Positions 10,601 to 19,962 of a stretch of 64,000 nt of DNA are shown piece after piece. The stretch lies in NCBI GenBank assembly GCA_965112735.1, contig OZ218959.1, positions 806,001 to 870,000 of the forward strand, read 5' to 3'. The notes below the pieces were generated by a model. The model did not search any database, was not told the origin of the DNA, and was given only the letters and a program-made list of their open reading frames with translations. Source of the stretch: Phaeosaccion multiseriatum. Its lineage: Eukaryota > Protista > Ochrophyta, other classes. Made by a program: the position numbers and the translations under genes. The stretch's first letter is position 1, and each line of letters opens with the position of its first letter.

Positions 10601-10613
10601 TCTCGGCTTCTGA
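4341..10613 (+). CDS. pol: Pol: RT, RNase H, DEDDy 3'-5' exonuclease, integrase, chromodomain-like
   Basis: RT: FSVMDIMSGYF and FVDD (6033-6044). RNase H: TDAS...ELELLAV...TDHQPL...DCLSR. Exonuclease: MDSEW, HWSHD, EYAFAD. Integrase: H-H-C-C plus ADVAGP/SDQGSQF/NGQVERF. Chromo-like: EYNVRW...TWE. Confidence 0.95.
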   Translation: MGERLGATTGAAGASRALGALLGGTVRVPARRADTPRVDSKEETAAWLATQQAKRLQAAQQQARQQRQWALQRRHKAQREELFKRADSSAAQQVQRSNAVQQQVAPAAVARRRQTQLQEPRPPRTGQLQVHHVAGADDSTSRPAPGAASSVASEEPPLRSEAGSSSAAVGTSLTDLRGDGWVLDADGALRLGSQSDTSGGTLMAGVQLIKEWYPHLSERVYGRLRECLVAAEEGAVTALLLLRPHVHQAAGTGLSGVGDVAVAAWAQQLLSLWSSRPLQQQEKVEQDMTNALLLLIQLRTVLQESRCLGGGVESWDAGELVVEQRRRAKLTTERAQFWLRELPSPLHAITIGDGAWTEVQRWGLVAILRARSQAFCQRPGDYGRTDTLFFEWGLKDANQQPIRSSARRYPPHLRRGIEIEIDKLLAAAIIRPSTSSWATPLMAVLKTDAAGKTKCHEDGTPVVRMTCDLSQLNDACRTEAPAMPVIDDLLAEMHGSKVFSVMDIMSGYFNVPMASAAEEDISTFVCHSGTYAWRVMPQGAKNAPAVFVRLMNKVLKGLQEHVACFVDDIAVFSATVEQHLEHLDAVLARLVEHKLKLEPSKAVLGAPEVRFCGHLLDQNGVRTDPAKHAAVQELVKPLRLLAKDGGVNRVKQVRRFIGMLSYFRRFIPEFARKVRPLNGLLRKGVDVSTAWNASHDAAWDGLVADLLSSPALAFPEYGPATTFTLSTDASTEGLAGVLSQKDATGEERVVTFISRATTETEARLSSTELELLAVVWCVRKLAMYICHYPTTVVTDHQPLLWLAGHKDTNSKLFRWYERLSTHHLQFVHRPGKQMVVPDCLSRNALPVQEWETHAGVDLAMVACEWPSPLHTWCASMGVQLNLVEMVGDECSLHWEEPTEGALLRFLAVAQQLQGEADTRLPIPVPAVTAQQQQQRCHHQQQSGAEALQAWQTAEVDLAATQSRRGTARRAWTQRLQQCGWQPTRAPQLGVKKAVIEAWQLGQMPPFVSHISAARCTYVSTPRHVQALSTQLRSAKVVAMDSEWARHRRRASLLQLAVQVGPLPDVARDYGLLIDLDALQKAGGMMVLAQVLRDLWTEPSIVKLAHHWSHDQRALGRWPELAEHVQHIVNLVDTSDLFKRVCPEHTQFIGLQDLVSMFLEQHLSKEERATDWTKRPLSAAQREYAFADAAALLRLWPRMAECVPFVHGGPGVELSAMSPAHTPAEQEEMQVGRFMQAAVGYWGDRDHVSPLYIFGVHSKTLEVFDLAKLQFKLQCSWETMMQMVERFTRTYKRQRKVVGALASHLDTMIELPWKQVRQVSRDYFSMCTPAEAQQTGAAAAHAWAAWEAELEEDASRLPSEELVTEEGRITHPGEPPAAESPSEPGTADLLVTEEAGDAGDEAADAVDNEAEEAVDSVSKEPVEQESTLQRELDGHRREAERQFGWSLPGTVPAAAAHRRAAGALGGSLHVEAAWWVRAQRADAELEALRRRVQAGPTGGVVDAGGGEFFVDEDGLLMRKWAPGGFRWRVRHTRLQVCVPKEMRPALLHAAHTDAIAGGHQGPGRMLDALQERVWWEKMNAHALYWARSCLACQTRKTPRRQPKPVPLSSISKVDGPWAVMGADVAGPFPMGMGGEEYLLVFQDWFTKWTVVVPLRAQDYTAEGIARAFVRHVVTTLGVPRVLVSDQGSQFTSALMGDVMRVLSASQVFTTPMHQQANGQVERFMATIKDMLATTVESQMQQWPDYVAGLTYAYNCRSQESTGMAPFYALFGRHPPVPLQAMLPALVEDGSFSSASAWVHELRARLAAAAAVVNGRRCDYHGRLQLKNASRRWPTPLRPGTKVMLYRPGAAAQQEGEELEGPPSAQLKALQHSWDGPYTVLPWPALGAYCAQHGRVSEEHYQVMQRSAVYLSMKRVRGNGVEQLQRAYHRDLTKPFIDGVSERPFGLPEGFARYHIRWCSPQWATSAMQEQRSLELDEVSEGKVPTLARIVKFRWRKATGLPLRREYNVRWAVSDGGTFQTWEWAEWLLERGHAKAIEAFENALPHTALDPGVNVKRGHRSKRESTIRLRQHEKWGSGLAHETQFYRSHLGF

Positions 10614-10637
10614 GGGAGCTGGCGGAAGAGGCGGGGG

Positions 10638-10847
10638 TGTAGTGAGGGGGATGTTAGAAGTGGCCTAGTTGGGGTCCCTTGGGGACCCAATCAGTAGTGT
10701 AACGGCCGGAAAACGGGCCAACTAGACGGTAAATCAGTAATAAAAGAAAGGAAGCGCAGCCTGCGTGTGGGCTGGCTTCCGGGTGCTTGCTTCAGCTTCT
10801 GCTCTGCTCTAGCTTGGCTTTGAGGCTAGCTGTCGGTAGTTTCGACA
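10638..10847 (+). repeat. 3' LTR of element 1 (210 bp)
   Basis: Starts TGTAG right after the PPT GGCGGAAGAGGCGGGGG, contains AATAAA at 10739-10744, and ends TTCGACA exactly where the interrupted element-2 gag resumes. The partner LTR is not in the window. Confidence 0.75.
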
Positions 10848-11530
10848 TCCTCCTTCACGAGTCTTTTAAAGGCATCTGGGTTCTTCTTCAGCTGGTCCCA
10901 GCCCTTCATCCTTGCCGCGCTCTGTACGTGCTGTTTGAATTCGTTGGGCCTTAGGCCGGCCTGAATGCTCTCCGACACTAGAACGGCATGCGTTGGTAAG
11001 AACGCGTAGGTGTCGAGGTTAATGAACTCCGACTCCAACCCCCTTTTGTCGAGTAGTTCATACAGGGGAAGAAGCTGTTTCTGTACCCTTTCCTCTACGT
11101 CGATGTGGTTACCTTCCTTGTCCAGCATGGACATGACTAGGCTCTTCCTTATAGCATCTTGCAGCTCCACGGGGTTGCGCTGTGAGGCCTCCGCTGTCCT
11201 TCCCGCAAGCTGTTTAATCGCTGCCAGGAAAGAGGCTTCCACTGCTGCACTCGTTGCTGCATCGTCGGCCGCTAAGGCTGTCCTCTCATCATCGCTGAAC
11301 ATCTCCTTAATGATGTGCATTCTTACCGAGCGCTTTAGGCACGATTGCACAGTAGCCTTCGGGTTGCGCCGGGCCTGCTCTGGTGTCAAATTCCTCGTGA
11401 GAGCCGTATGCTGTTGCTCATACAACGTGAAGCGATCCAGCCACGCCCCCGAGTCCTTAGTTGCCACCTCAGAAAGGTGAGGCGCACGCAGCTCCTCTGC
11501 AGACTGCGCCATTGGTGCCGAATCCGCCAT
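10848..11530 (-). pseudogene. Truncated gag-like ORF of element 2
   Basis: ORF 10826..11581(-) is highly similar to 14469..15494(+) (e.g. GLRPNEFKQHVQSAARMKGWDQLKK). Its last residues derive from the element-1 LTR. Confidence 0.75.
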
Positions 11531-11778
11531 CCTGGCCTCTCCGGTCTTCTTGAATCTTTCTTCAGTTTCTGGTATCACCAATACTGAGTAATAATCGATT
11601 ATTGTAGCGTCGGTGAACTTGCGCTAACTAACTGTGACTCACACTCTTTGTCTGTGGACTCCCCACTCCTTGGTGGGAGAGATAAGACGTCAAAACCTTA
11701 TTGATAGAACGAGAGTAGAATATATTAAACAATTGCCTCGGGTTTCCGATTTGGCATGAAAGAGTGGCCTACTCCACA
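10848..11778 (-). mobile_element. Gypsy-type 'element 2': 5' LTR (11603-11778) plus gag truncated by insertion of element 1
   Basis: Inverted homolog of 14222 to about 15150. The gag matches 14469-15494 up to LVKE and then runs into the element-1 LTR. Confidence 0.8.
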
Positions 11779-13310
11779 CGCTGTACCAGCTGAGCAATAC
11801 AACGAATGCAAAACACCTCGGTGCTGCGGGCCCGAAAAATGAACAAGTCCAATATCTCAAGCGCTGCTGCACCAATCCGTCGACCACCGAGCACGACAGC
11901 AAGAGGGTAGTCCATCCATACTACCGCAAGTAAGTCGTGCAAGCAGAGCGAGCCACAAGCCCTGTTCTCGCCCATCCTCCATGTTCACCCCGCTCACGAG
12001 CCCCAACGCCGGAAAGTCCATCACCTTCTCTTCTGCATCACAGGCAGGCCCCGAATTCCACTCCATATCTGTTGGGAACGACCAAACGTCATGCTTCCGC
12101 CGTCCATTACAGATAAGTAGCCAGATTGCTCAGTGCCCCAATTTCCTTCAGCACCGGACGACGTACATCGCCGTACACTCCGTAGACGGTCACCAAACGC
12201 TGCCGTACCTCCCGGAATGCGAGTACCGTACCCTCCCAATGCCGCCTTGCAATTCCCAATTCTCCCTCGTATGCTGTGCCTCTCCTGTCGCCCATCGGTT
12301 CGCTGTTATGGCCACAGGTCGAATATCCGCTCCACACGCAAACTCGAGGCGCCAACCACCATCAAAGGGCTCTCCGGTTCCTTCGAACAGCCCGAATAGC
12401 TGCCTTCGCATCCATGCTGCCACCTTTGACGCACGTACTAACTGCCTTGCGGTTGCTGATTGTCCTGAGAGCTGAGCCTCCATCGGACCCCCCCCCTCCC
12501 CCTCCCATGCGTTCGAGATGGTGGGGGAGGTAGAGCTGTAGTCCGTCTCCTTCCCTTCGCCGCTCCTCGGCCCGATATGTCTCTCGGATGTAGCTGCCGG
12601 AGGTGAGCCGTGCGAGCTCCCGTATCGAAGTCAGCTACGCCCCCACCCATCCAGAGAGACTGCAGTCAAGCCCAGTGGCGACCACGTACGCCTCCTTCTG
12701 GCCATACTGCTGTTGTAGGTGGGAGACACTCCAACAAAAAGGGTGGTACACTTAAACACGCAGACGTACACAAACATTCACAGGCACACGGATATAGACA
12801 AAGGCACAATACAGGGACACCAGCACCCACAAACGCACACTAGCACACACAGACGCAGACCAGCACACACAGATACAAACACACATCGTGTGTAGGGGCA
12901 GTGACCACGGCTGCTGTTGCCTAGGACTGCCCCGCCCGCCGTTGAGGGCCGGAATGGCGAGGGATGAGCCGCTGTTGTCACCGCGCGCAGAGCCAGCCTC
13001 CTTTGTGGAGGAGGCCCTTATTCGCACGCCAAACACAGGAAATACGCACCCTACACACAGAAACACCGTCGAGACATACACACACAAACATACAGACAGA
13101 CACCTGGAAGAGCTAAGGGGCCTGCCGTCACCCGGGAGCCCCTTTCGCCTCGCAAAAAGACAAAAAATGCCGTGGACCACACCCCCCACACCTTGGGCCA
13201 CGGGAGAGAGGAGAGAGCGGAGAGATGAGTAGGGCGTCGGCCTCAACACTGAACGCGTATCCTACGGCGATACCAGCAAGGAAGAAAGGGCGAAGAGGGC
13301 AAAAGGCGCC

Positions 13311-13460
13311 GGCACTCAACACCGTGGAGGCGGTCGGCACTCAACACCTGACACCGCTTGTCCCAAGCCATAGAGCCCCGCAACATCGGCAAAGGAAAGA
13401 AAAGAAGAGGTCCGGCACTCAACACCGTGGAGGCTACTGTCGGCACTCAACACCGACACA
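13311..13460. repeat. Short direct repeats of GGCACTCAACACC (4 copies in two duplicated blocks)
   Basis: ggcactcaacaccgtggaggc...cggcactcaacacc occurs at about 13311 and about 13415. Confidence 0.7.
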
Positions 13461-13864
13461 GCCTCCTAAGCTCTTCTTCCCTCTTCCACGGAGGCCCCGG
13501 CTCTCAACACCAAGGCAGGCCTCCTTGGCCGACACAAGCGCTCTGTCCGGGCCCAGGACAAGAGGCTCGCTTTCCGCCACACCAGTATCTACTCTCCTCT
13601 TTAGCAGTGTGCTCCACTCTTCCTGGGCTCTGTCTCCGCCGCCTCAGTAAGTGACAGCACACGCCAAGGTCTCTCCTCTTCTGAAAAATCTAAATTCCCT
13701 GCTTCACTGACATACTGTACATCTCCCCAGAGGGGACGCCCCCCTTGGGGCGGTACCAAGCACCTACGCTGACGCTTCGCCCTGCTGGCTCCCATGTCTC
13801 CCACCTCTTCCTCGTCTCTGTTCCGCGAGAAACAAAGTTCCGTTGCTGCGCTGCTGAACAGGCT

Positions 13865-14221
13865 TTTGAGCCCATCCAAGGCCCCACTTGGCGCTGTTGT
13901 GGCAATGTAGTATCTCAGTTGGGCCTGTTGTGCTGAGCCAATGCCCGGCGTGGGCATGTTGTGGCCAGCAAACGCGTCGTTCGGGCTGTGTGTGCGCCAC
14001 AAATGCCGGCTTTGGGCTTTTTTGGTCCCAGCACAGATGCTCGAGCCAGCTTGGGCCATTTGAGCCCATCCAAGGCCCCACTTGGCGCTGTTGTGGCAAT
14101 GTAGTATCTCAGTTGGGCCTGTTGTGCTGAGCCAATGCCCGGCGTGGGCATGTTGTGGCCAGCAAACGCGTCGTTCGGGCTGTGTGTGCGCCACAAATGC
14201 CGGCTTTGGGCTTTTTTGGTC
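13865..14221. repeat. 194-bp tandem repeat (about 1.8 copies), second copy cut by the element-3 LTR
   Basis: tttgagcccatccaaggccccacttgg at 13865 and 14059; identity runs to ttttttggtc at 14221. Confidence 0.85.
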
Positions 14222-15396
14222 TGTGGAGTAGGCCACTCTTTCATGCCAAATCGGAAACCCGAGGCTATTGTTTAATATATTCTACTCTCGTTCTATGCAA
14301 AACGTTTTGGTTTCTTGTCTCTCCCACCGAGGAGTGGGGAGTCCACAGACAAAGAGTGTGAGTCACAGTTAGTTAGCGCAAGTTCACCGACGCTACAATA
14401 ATCGATTATTAATCAGTATTGGTGAAACCAGAACTGAAGAAAGACTCAAGAAGACCGGAGAGGCCAGGATGGCGGTTTCGGCACCAATGGCGCAGTCTGC
14501 AGAGAAGCTACATGCGCCACACCTTTCGAAGGTGACAACGAAGGACGCGGAGGCGTGGCTGGATAGCCGCACGTTGTATGAGCAACAGCATACGGCTCTC
14601 ACGAGAAATTTGACGCATGAGCAGGAGCGGCGAAACCCGAAGGCTACGGTGCAATCATGCCTGAAGCCTTCTGTCAAGATGCACATCATTAAGGAGATGT
14701 TCAGCGATGCAGAGAGAACGGCCTATGCGGCCGACGATGCAGCAACGAGTGAAGAAGTGGAAGCCGCTTTCTTGGCAGCGATTAAACAGCTTGCGGGAAG
14801 GACAGCGGAGGCCTCACAGCGCAACCCCGTGGAGCTTGCAGATTCTTTGCGGAAGTGCCTGATCATGCCCATGCAGGACAAAGATGGTAACCACATTGAG
14901 GTGGAGGAAAGGGTACAGAACCAACTTCATGGCCTTTATGAGTTACTTGAAAAAAGGGGTTTGGAAGCGGAGTTTGTTGACCCCGTCACCTTCGCGTTCA
15001 AACCAACGCATGCCGTTCTATTGACGGAAAGCATCCTGGGCGGCCTAAGGCCCAATGAATTCAAACAGCACGTACAGAGCGCGGCAAGGATGAAGGGCTG
15101 GGACCAGCTGAAGAAGGACCCAGATGCCTTTAAAAAACTCGTGAAGGAGGAGGCAAAGCTTTTCAGGTCTGCAGACCAGTTGATGGCTAAGCAGTCCAAA
15201 CAGAAGAAAGACGGCAAGCAAAAGGAAACCAAGAAGGGCGACCAAAAAGGCAATGGCAAGAAGAGCGACGGGAAAGATGGAGGCGGCAAGCAGGGCGGTG
15301 GCAATGGCGATGGCAGTAAGGGAGATGGCAAAGCTGAGGGAAATCGTGACGGAAAGAAAGACAAAGACAAGAAACGCACGCAGGACCCCAACAAGC
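14222..15396 (+). mobile_element. Gypsy-type 'element 3' (same family as element 2): 176-bp 5' LTR (14222-14397) plus gag, truncated by another LTR
   Basis: Homology with element 2 begins exactly at TGTGGAG. The LTR end CGCTACA is inferred by analogy with the other elements. The gag becomes K/G-rich and is interrupted at 15397. Confidence 0.8.
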
Positions 15397-15494
15397 TGTG
15401 GAGTCTCAAAGGTGTCTGGTATGTTCGAATCTGGATTGTCGCCATTTGGGGAACACGTGCTTCATATGAACGGCATGTCGCAGGAGGAGGATAG
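14469..15494 (+). pseudogene. Gag-like ORF of element 3, C-terminus replaced by inserted LTR sequence
   Basis: 341-aa ORF. Composition switches after ...TQDPNK at the TGTGGAGTCTC LTR start; the zinc knuckle is not reached. Confidence 0.7.
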
Positions 15495-15867
15495 ATAGAA
15501 AGTGAGATAGAAGAAGAAAGCAAATACACGCTCAACATAGGATAAGAACCCCTTTGTGGTAGATTGTCCTGCCTGAGGGTTTCCGGTCACACATTCTGGG
15601 GTATAATAAGAATGTCGGTTTCCTAGGCACGCCCCGAGGGGGATCAACGGCTCTGGCGTTTCACCCTCCTCTTTGTGGGCACAAGCTTTGCATCAGCAAG
15701 TAGTAGAGATATATTATCAATACGGACACTGACGCCCCACCATAGGTGCAGAATATACTTAGTCCAAACCCCGCAACGTTTCTACTATCTTAGCTTAGCA
15801 CAGAACTAGTTCTCGCTTTAGAAAAGCTTTGGAGAAGGATTTTCTCGGACCGATTGGAGGAGCGGCA
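15397..15867 (+). mobile_element. 5' LTR (15397-15802, 406 bp) plus 65 bp of leader of an element related to element 4
   Basis: Starts TGTG and ends TTAGCACA, followed by GAACTAGTTCTCGC, identical to the LTR end and leader of element 4. Confidence 0.7.
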
Positions 15868-16149
15868 TGTGATAAGGGACCATCTCGCCTGGGGTTTCCG
15901 GGTGGACGTTCTGGGGTTATAGAAATAAGAACGGTCCTAAAGAGAGTTCCCGCCTCAACGTACCTGAGAGTCCCGAAAGTGCCAGGTGGCAACGAAGGGA
16001 CCTGTAGACTGCCAAGTACAAGACAAGAGATCACGCTTGAGGCAGCGGGCAGTAAAGAGACTATCAATACGGGCACCGACGTCGCAACAGACGCGGCATA
16101 TATTAGCCCAAACCCCTGAGCTGTCTGTACTGTTCGTAGCTTTAGCACA
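15868..16149 (+). repeat. 5' LTR of element 4
   Basis: Direct repeat of 19681-19962; TG..CA ends with a 7/8 terminal inverted repeat. Confidence 0.93.
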
Positions 16150-16260
16150 GAACTAGTTCTCGCATTTACAAGGCGTGAGTGTGAAGTTTTTCGCAGCAGC
16201 GGAGCAATCTTCGGGAGATATCAGCGGAGGCTTCGCAGCAGCGAGAGAGAAGAGAGCAAC

Positions 16261-17364
16261 ATGGTGGACTCCACCAACACGGTATTGTCGGAGTTCAAGA
16301 AGTTGGAAGGGGCTCTGAGAGCGGACAATGTTCAGGATTTCGTCTACAACTGGAAAGCTGGAAGAGAGCGCATGAAGGGTATCAAACAAGAAAGCCGAGT
16401 CCCAGCAATGAGTACGCTGGTGGATGAGGTCCTGCGGGCTCAGATTGCTGTGTTCTGGGGTAAGACAGAGGTCACCTTGACGAGCGAAGATATCCTTGGT
16501 TACTTGGAGAATTTCATCAAGTTTTCCGGGCAAAAGGGCGAGGTCACATGGAAGGGCATTGCTCAGTCTGTGCAGCTGAACATCAGCAACAAGTTGACGA
16601 GTGGAGAGCTTTCGGAGGCAGTTAAGTACTCGCATACGGAGTTTCTAGTCCGAGCGAAGAAAACCCCCCTGCGCAAATCCATGGAGTGGGACGCTGAGCC
16701 AGACGATGATGATTACGGCAAGCCCCAATCAGGAGCTCCTGCCAAGGCTGCGATGATTGCTTACAAGACAGTGATCAAGCGTGTTGATGTCGGCATGCAC
16801 GCAGTAGTAGTGAACCACGAGCAGTCTAGGCCGACGGACTGGCACAAAGACTACAGTGGTTGGTTCAAAGCGGTGGTGGAAGTCATGACTAAGTTTCATG
16901 AGACACGCGCCATGGTCCGTAGTATCAATCTTCCTCTCTCAGCACTCTTCCCTGGAGCCAAAACGAACAAGCTCAACGGGGGTGCAGGAGGAGAAGAAGG
17001 AGGAGAAGAGGACAGAAAGCAAGATTCGGTGCGTGAACCACGTCGCCATGACAAGAAACGCAAGAGAGGTGAAGATTACCGCGCGTTGCGGCAGCAGCCG
17101 AACAGTGATACTGCAGCTGCCAAGACCGCTGACGCTCAGGTCAGTGGTAGTGCCAAAGAAGGGGAAGGGTCGAGAGCCAAGGGTGGAGGCAGTGCCTCAG
17201 ACCAAGAGAGCTCTGACCGATTGTGCTTTGGGTGTGGAAAGCCTGGACATGGCTTGAGCGATTGCAAGACCACCACTAGAGCCCAGAAGAAGGCTATTTG
17301 GAAGCAGAAGCTAACCCCTGGCAATCGTTCAAGGACTGCCTCAGTAGAGGAGTTTTCGGACTAG
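16261..17364 (+). CDS. gag: Gag of element 4 with CCHC zinc knuckle
   Basis: CFGCGKPGHGLSDC near the C-terminus; first ORF after the 5' LTR. Confidence 0.85.
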   Translation: MVDSTNTVLSEFKKLEGALRADNVQDFVYNWKAGRERMKGIKQESRVPAMSTLVDEVLRAQIAVFWGKTEVTLTSEDILGYLENFIKFSGQKGEVTWKGIAQSVQLNISNKLTSGELSEAVKYSHTEFLVRAKKTPLRKSMEWDAEPDDDDYGKPQSGAPAKAAMIAYKTVIKRVDVGMHAVVVNHEQSRPTDWHKDYSGWFKAVVEVMTKFHETRAMVRSINLPLSALFPGAKTNKLNGGAGGEEGGEEDRKQDSVREPRRHDKKRKRGEDYRALRQQPNSDTAAAKTADAQVSGSAKEGEGSRAKGGGSASDQESSDRLCFGCGKPGHGLSDCKTTTRAQKKAIWKQKLTPGNRSRTASVEEFSD

Positions 17365-17367
17365 ACA

Positions 17368-19627
17368 GTGGCCGTGAACACAGTAGGTGATCGAGGCACT
17401 GTGACCATTCGAGGCGAGACAGAGCCGGAGATGGTGGAAGTACCTGCCCTCATGAGCATACCTTTCATTTGGGATAGTGGGAATGACTTTGCGGCTTGCA
17501 CCACACCGGAGATTGCGAAGCTCTGTGTGGAGAAGCTAAGGGCCAGGATAAAGGCGTGTGAGCCTGTTACGGTCAAGACCGCCAACGGCTTGGCAGAGAC
17601 CAGCCAAGCGGTGAAGGGCATTCACTTAGAGTTTGAGATGCCGTATGCGACAGTGACGACAGAAGTTCAATGTCAAGAGGGTTGAGGAGGTGTTGGAGGC
17701 TGAGCGTGGGCGCGCCCTTGCAGAGAAAGAGCAAGAGCCTTACGGTTCGAGCGCCGCGCGAGTGATGAGCTTCCATTCCGAGAGCCCTACACTGCCGGAG
17801 GATGCCCTCTTCCCGGTGGTGAGTGACACAGAAGTCCCGAGGGTGGGAGCGATAGGCTCTCACCAAGTAACTAATGAAGTAGTGGACAAGTATGACAGTG
17901 TCATTGATTTCATCCAACAGCCTAGAAGCTGGGCAAGCACCCTCTATGGAGGAGCTGCGCAGTCGGTTAAGGGGTGAAGTAGACAGAACGGTGAGGGAGA
18001 ATGACTTCCCCGCCAAGTTGAGAGAGCCGATGATGAAGGCTCTTTCGAAGAATCGTGTGTGGCGCAACAAGCTGTTGTGCCCAGATCCACCTGCCAAGGT
18101 GGAGCCTGTGAGCTCTTTGATGACACCATTGAGCACATTCCGGGCGAGCGCCATACGTGCGCAGATATTCTTAGTCGGTGGCGTGATAAGTGCAGTGCAG
18201 CTGTGGTGCCTAAGGTGCTGACGTTGCGCAAGTTTGGGCCAATGCAAGTGTTTGACATAATGTGTGACGACTTCCTGTGGCCCTCTGCACTTGAGATCGC
18301 GGCCATTCAGGCTGCGGCTTTGCTTAGTCTGCCGGACCAGAGCAAGGAGGTGGGGGAGTATGGCCGAGTACTTTTCCTATCTCCAGCTGGCGACGACCGA
18401 TTGATTCGTGCGAGTACAGTGGATGACTTCTCGTCTATGACGATGTACGAGCCGTGCTATGAAGTTACTGCGAAGGGATGTGCCCGTGCTCTGCTGCGAT
18501 GGTTCGCGCAGCATGGAATCGTCCAGCGGTGGATGAGTGATAGAGGTGCTCAATTCTTGAACGAGGTGATGGACGAGCTGCGGCAGCTGCTACGGTGTCA
18601 TCATCACTTTGTGGTGGCACACAATCCATACAGCAGGGCCTTGGCGGAGCGAGGAGTGCAGACTTCACAGAAGATTATGCAAGCGCTCATGTCAGAGCTG
18701 AGGCAGCCGCCAGAGACGTGGCCACAGTTGTTGCCCGTCATGGAGTCCATTGAGAACAGCACCAGCAAGAGTAGCCGCTCCAACATGTCCCCGATTGAGC
18801 TTCACTCAGGGAACAAGCCGGTGGGGCCGCTGAGCACAATTTTGGTGCATGCAGCAGACCAGGCTAAGGGAGTTGAGCTTCGACAGTTGTCGCAGCCGCT
18901 GATTGACAGGCTGGCGACGGAGCTCCATCAGTTGAAGGAGGAGAAACGCAGGGTAGCAGCTGAGCATCTGGCCGCTGTACGTGACCAGAAGCGCAACAGC
19001 ATCAACGAGCAGCTCTTGAAGAGTCGGCGTGGTACTGAGCATAGGCGAGACCTTGAGCGCCAGCGTCAGTTGAACAGCGAGACCCTCTTTCAAGAAGGTG
19101 TGTACGTGACAGTAGCGACTGTTGGGCCCACTAGCAAGGTCATTGGCAAGTGGGAGGGACCGTGTCGTGTAGTCAAGGCTCTTGAGAAGCATGTATACAC
19201 TGTTGAGGAGCTAGTGGGCAAGAAGCGAGTCTTTGATGCTCACATCAGCAGGCTGAGGTACTATTGTGACGCTGATGTCGGTCTCACGACGGAGGTACTG
19301 AAGCAGATTTCGTACACCACACGAGACTTTGTTGTAGACAAGTTTCTGGGGGTAGTACAACACGCTGACGACACATGGCATGTGTTAGTCAAGTGGAAAG
19401 GGTTCGAGGTGCTGGAGAACAGCGAAGAGCCAGTGGAGGTTATGATGGCAGACATCCCCAGGCAGTTCAATCAATACCTGGATGGTCACCCGGACAAGCA
19501 GAAAGTCAGCGCAGTCCGAGCCTACCTCAAAGGGATTGCAGACAAGCAGTCAACACAGAGAGCACAGTCAGCGACCCGCAAGAGACGCGGATCACGCGGC
19601 AGTGGTTCTAAGAAGAAACGAAAGTAG
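17368..19627 (+). pseudogene. pol: Fragmented pol of element 4 (protease WDSG; RT deleted; RNase H tail; integrase core; chromodomain)
   Basis: FIWDSGND; PDPPAKVEP joined to IEHIPGERHTCADILSRW; MSDRGAQF...LAERG; WEGPCRV; VLVKWKGFEVLENSEEP. Confidence 0.85.
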
Positions 19628-19680
19628 TAGACACCAGGTACTATAGCACTCGAGTGACTCGGACTGTCGCTTGGGGGTAG

Positions 19681-19962
19681 TGTGATAAGGGACCATCTCG
19701 CCTGGGGTTTCCGGGTGGACGTTCTGGGGTTATAGAAATAAGAACGGTCCTAAAGAGAGTTCCCGCCTCAACGTACCTGAGAGTCCCGAAAGTGCCAGGT
19801 GGCAACGAAGGGACCTGTAGACTGCCAAGTACAAGACAAGAGATCACGCTTGAGGCAGCGGGCAGTAAAGAGACTATCAATACGGGCACCGACGTCGCAA
19901 CAGACGCGGCATATATTAGCCCAAACCCCTGAGCTGTCTGTACTGTTCGTAGCTTTAGCACA
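19681..19962 (+). repeat. 3' LTR of element 4
   Basis: Direct repeat of 15868-16149, preceded by GGGGGTAG. Confidence 0.93.

Larger units (their letters stand above)
1..10847 (+). mobile_element. Ty3/Gypsy LTR retrotransposon 'element 1' (5' end outside window): gag - protease - RT - RNase H - DEDDy exonuclease - integrase - chromodomain-like, 3' LTR
   Basis: Gypsy domain order PR-RT-RH-IN. A purine-rich PPT (10621-10637) is followed by a TG...CA-bounded segment (10638-10847), where homology of the flanking gag to its sister copy resumes. Confidence 0.93.
15868..19962 (+). mobile_element. Gypsy 'element 4': internally deleted, non-autonomous LTR retrotransposon with 282-bp LTRs
   Basis: LTRs 15868-16149 and 19681-19962 (TGTGATAA...TTAGCACA) appear identical. 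It has gag, a protease fragment, an RNase H tail, a partial integrase and a chromodomain, but no RT. Confidence 0.92.

Noticed and set aside
1153-10601. Numerous antisense and alternate-frame ORFs over element 1
   Set aside because: These are expected shadows of GC-rich, CAG-rich coding sequence, with no motifs.
11779-13300. Possible degenerate transposon or LINE fragment
   Set aside because: It looks coding-like, but I could not recognise any convincing motif; left unassigned.
14341-14347. Alternative LTR end at TCCACA (6-bp inverted repeat with TGTGGA)
   Set aside because: It would give a 126-bp LTR with no PBS-like signal after it. The end at 14397 matches the CTACA+palindrome layout proven for element 5, but it is not formally excluded.
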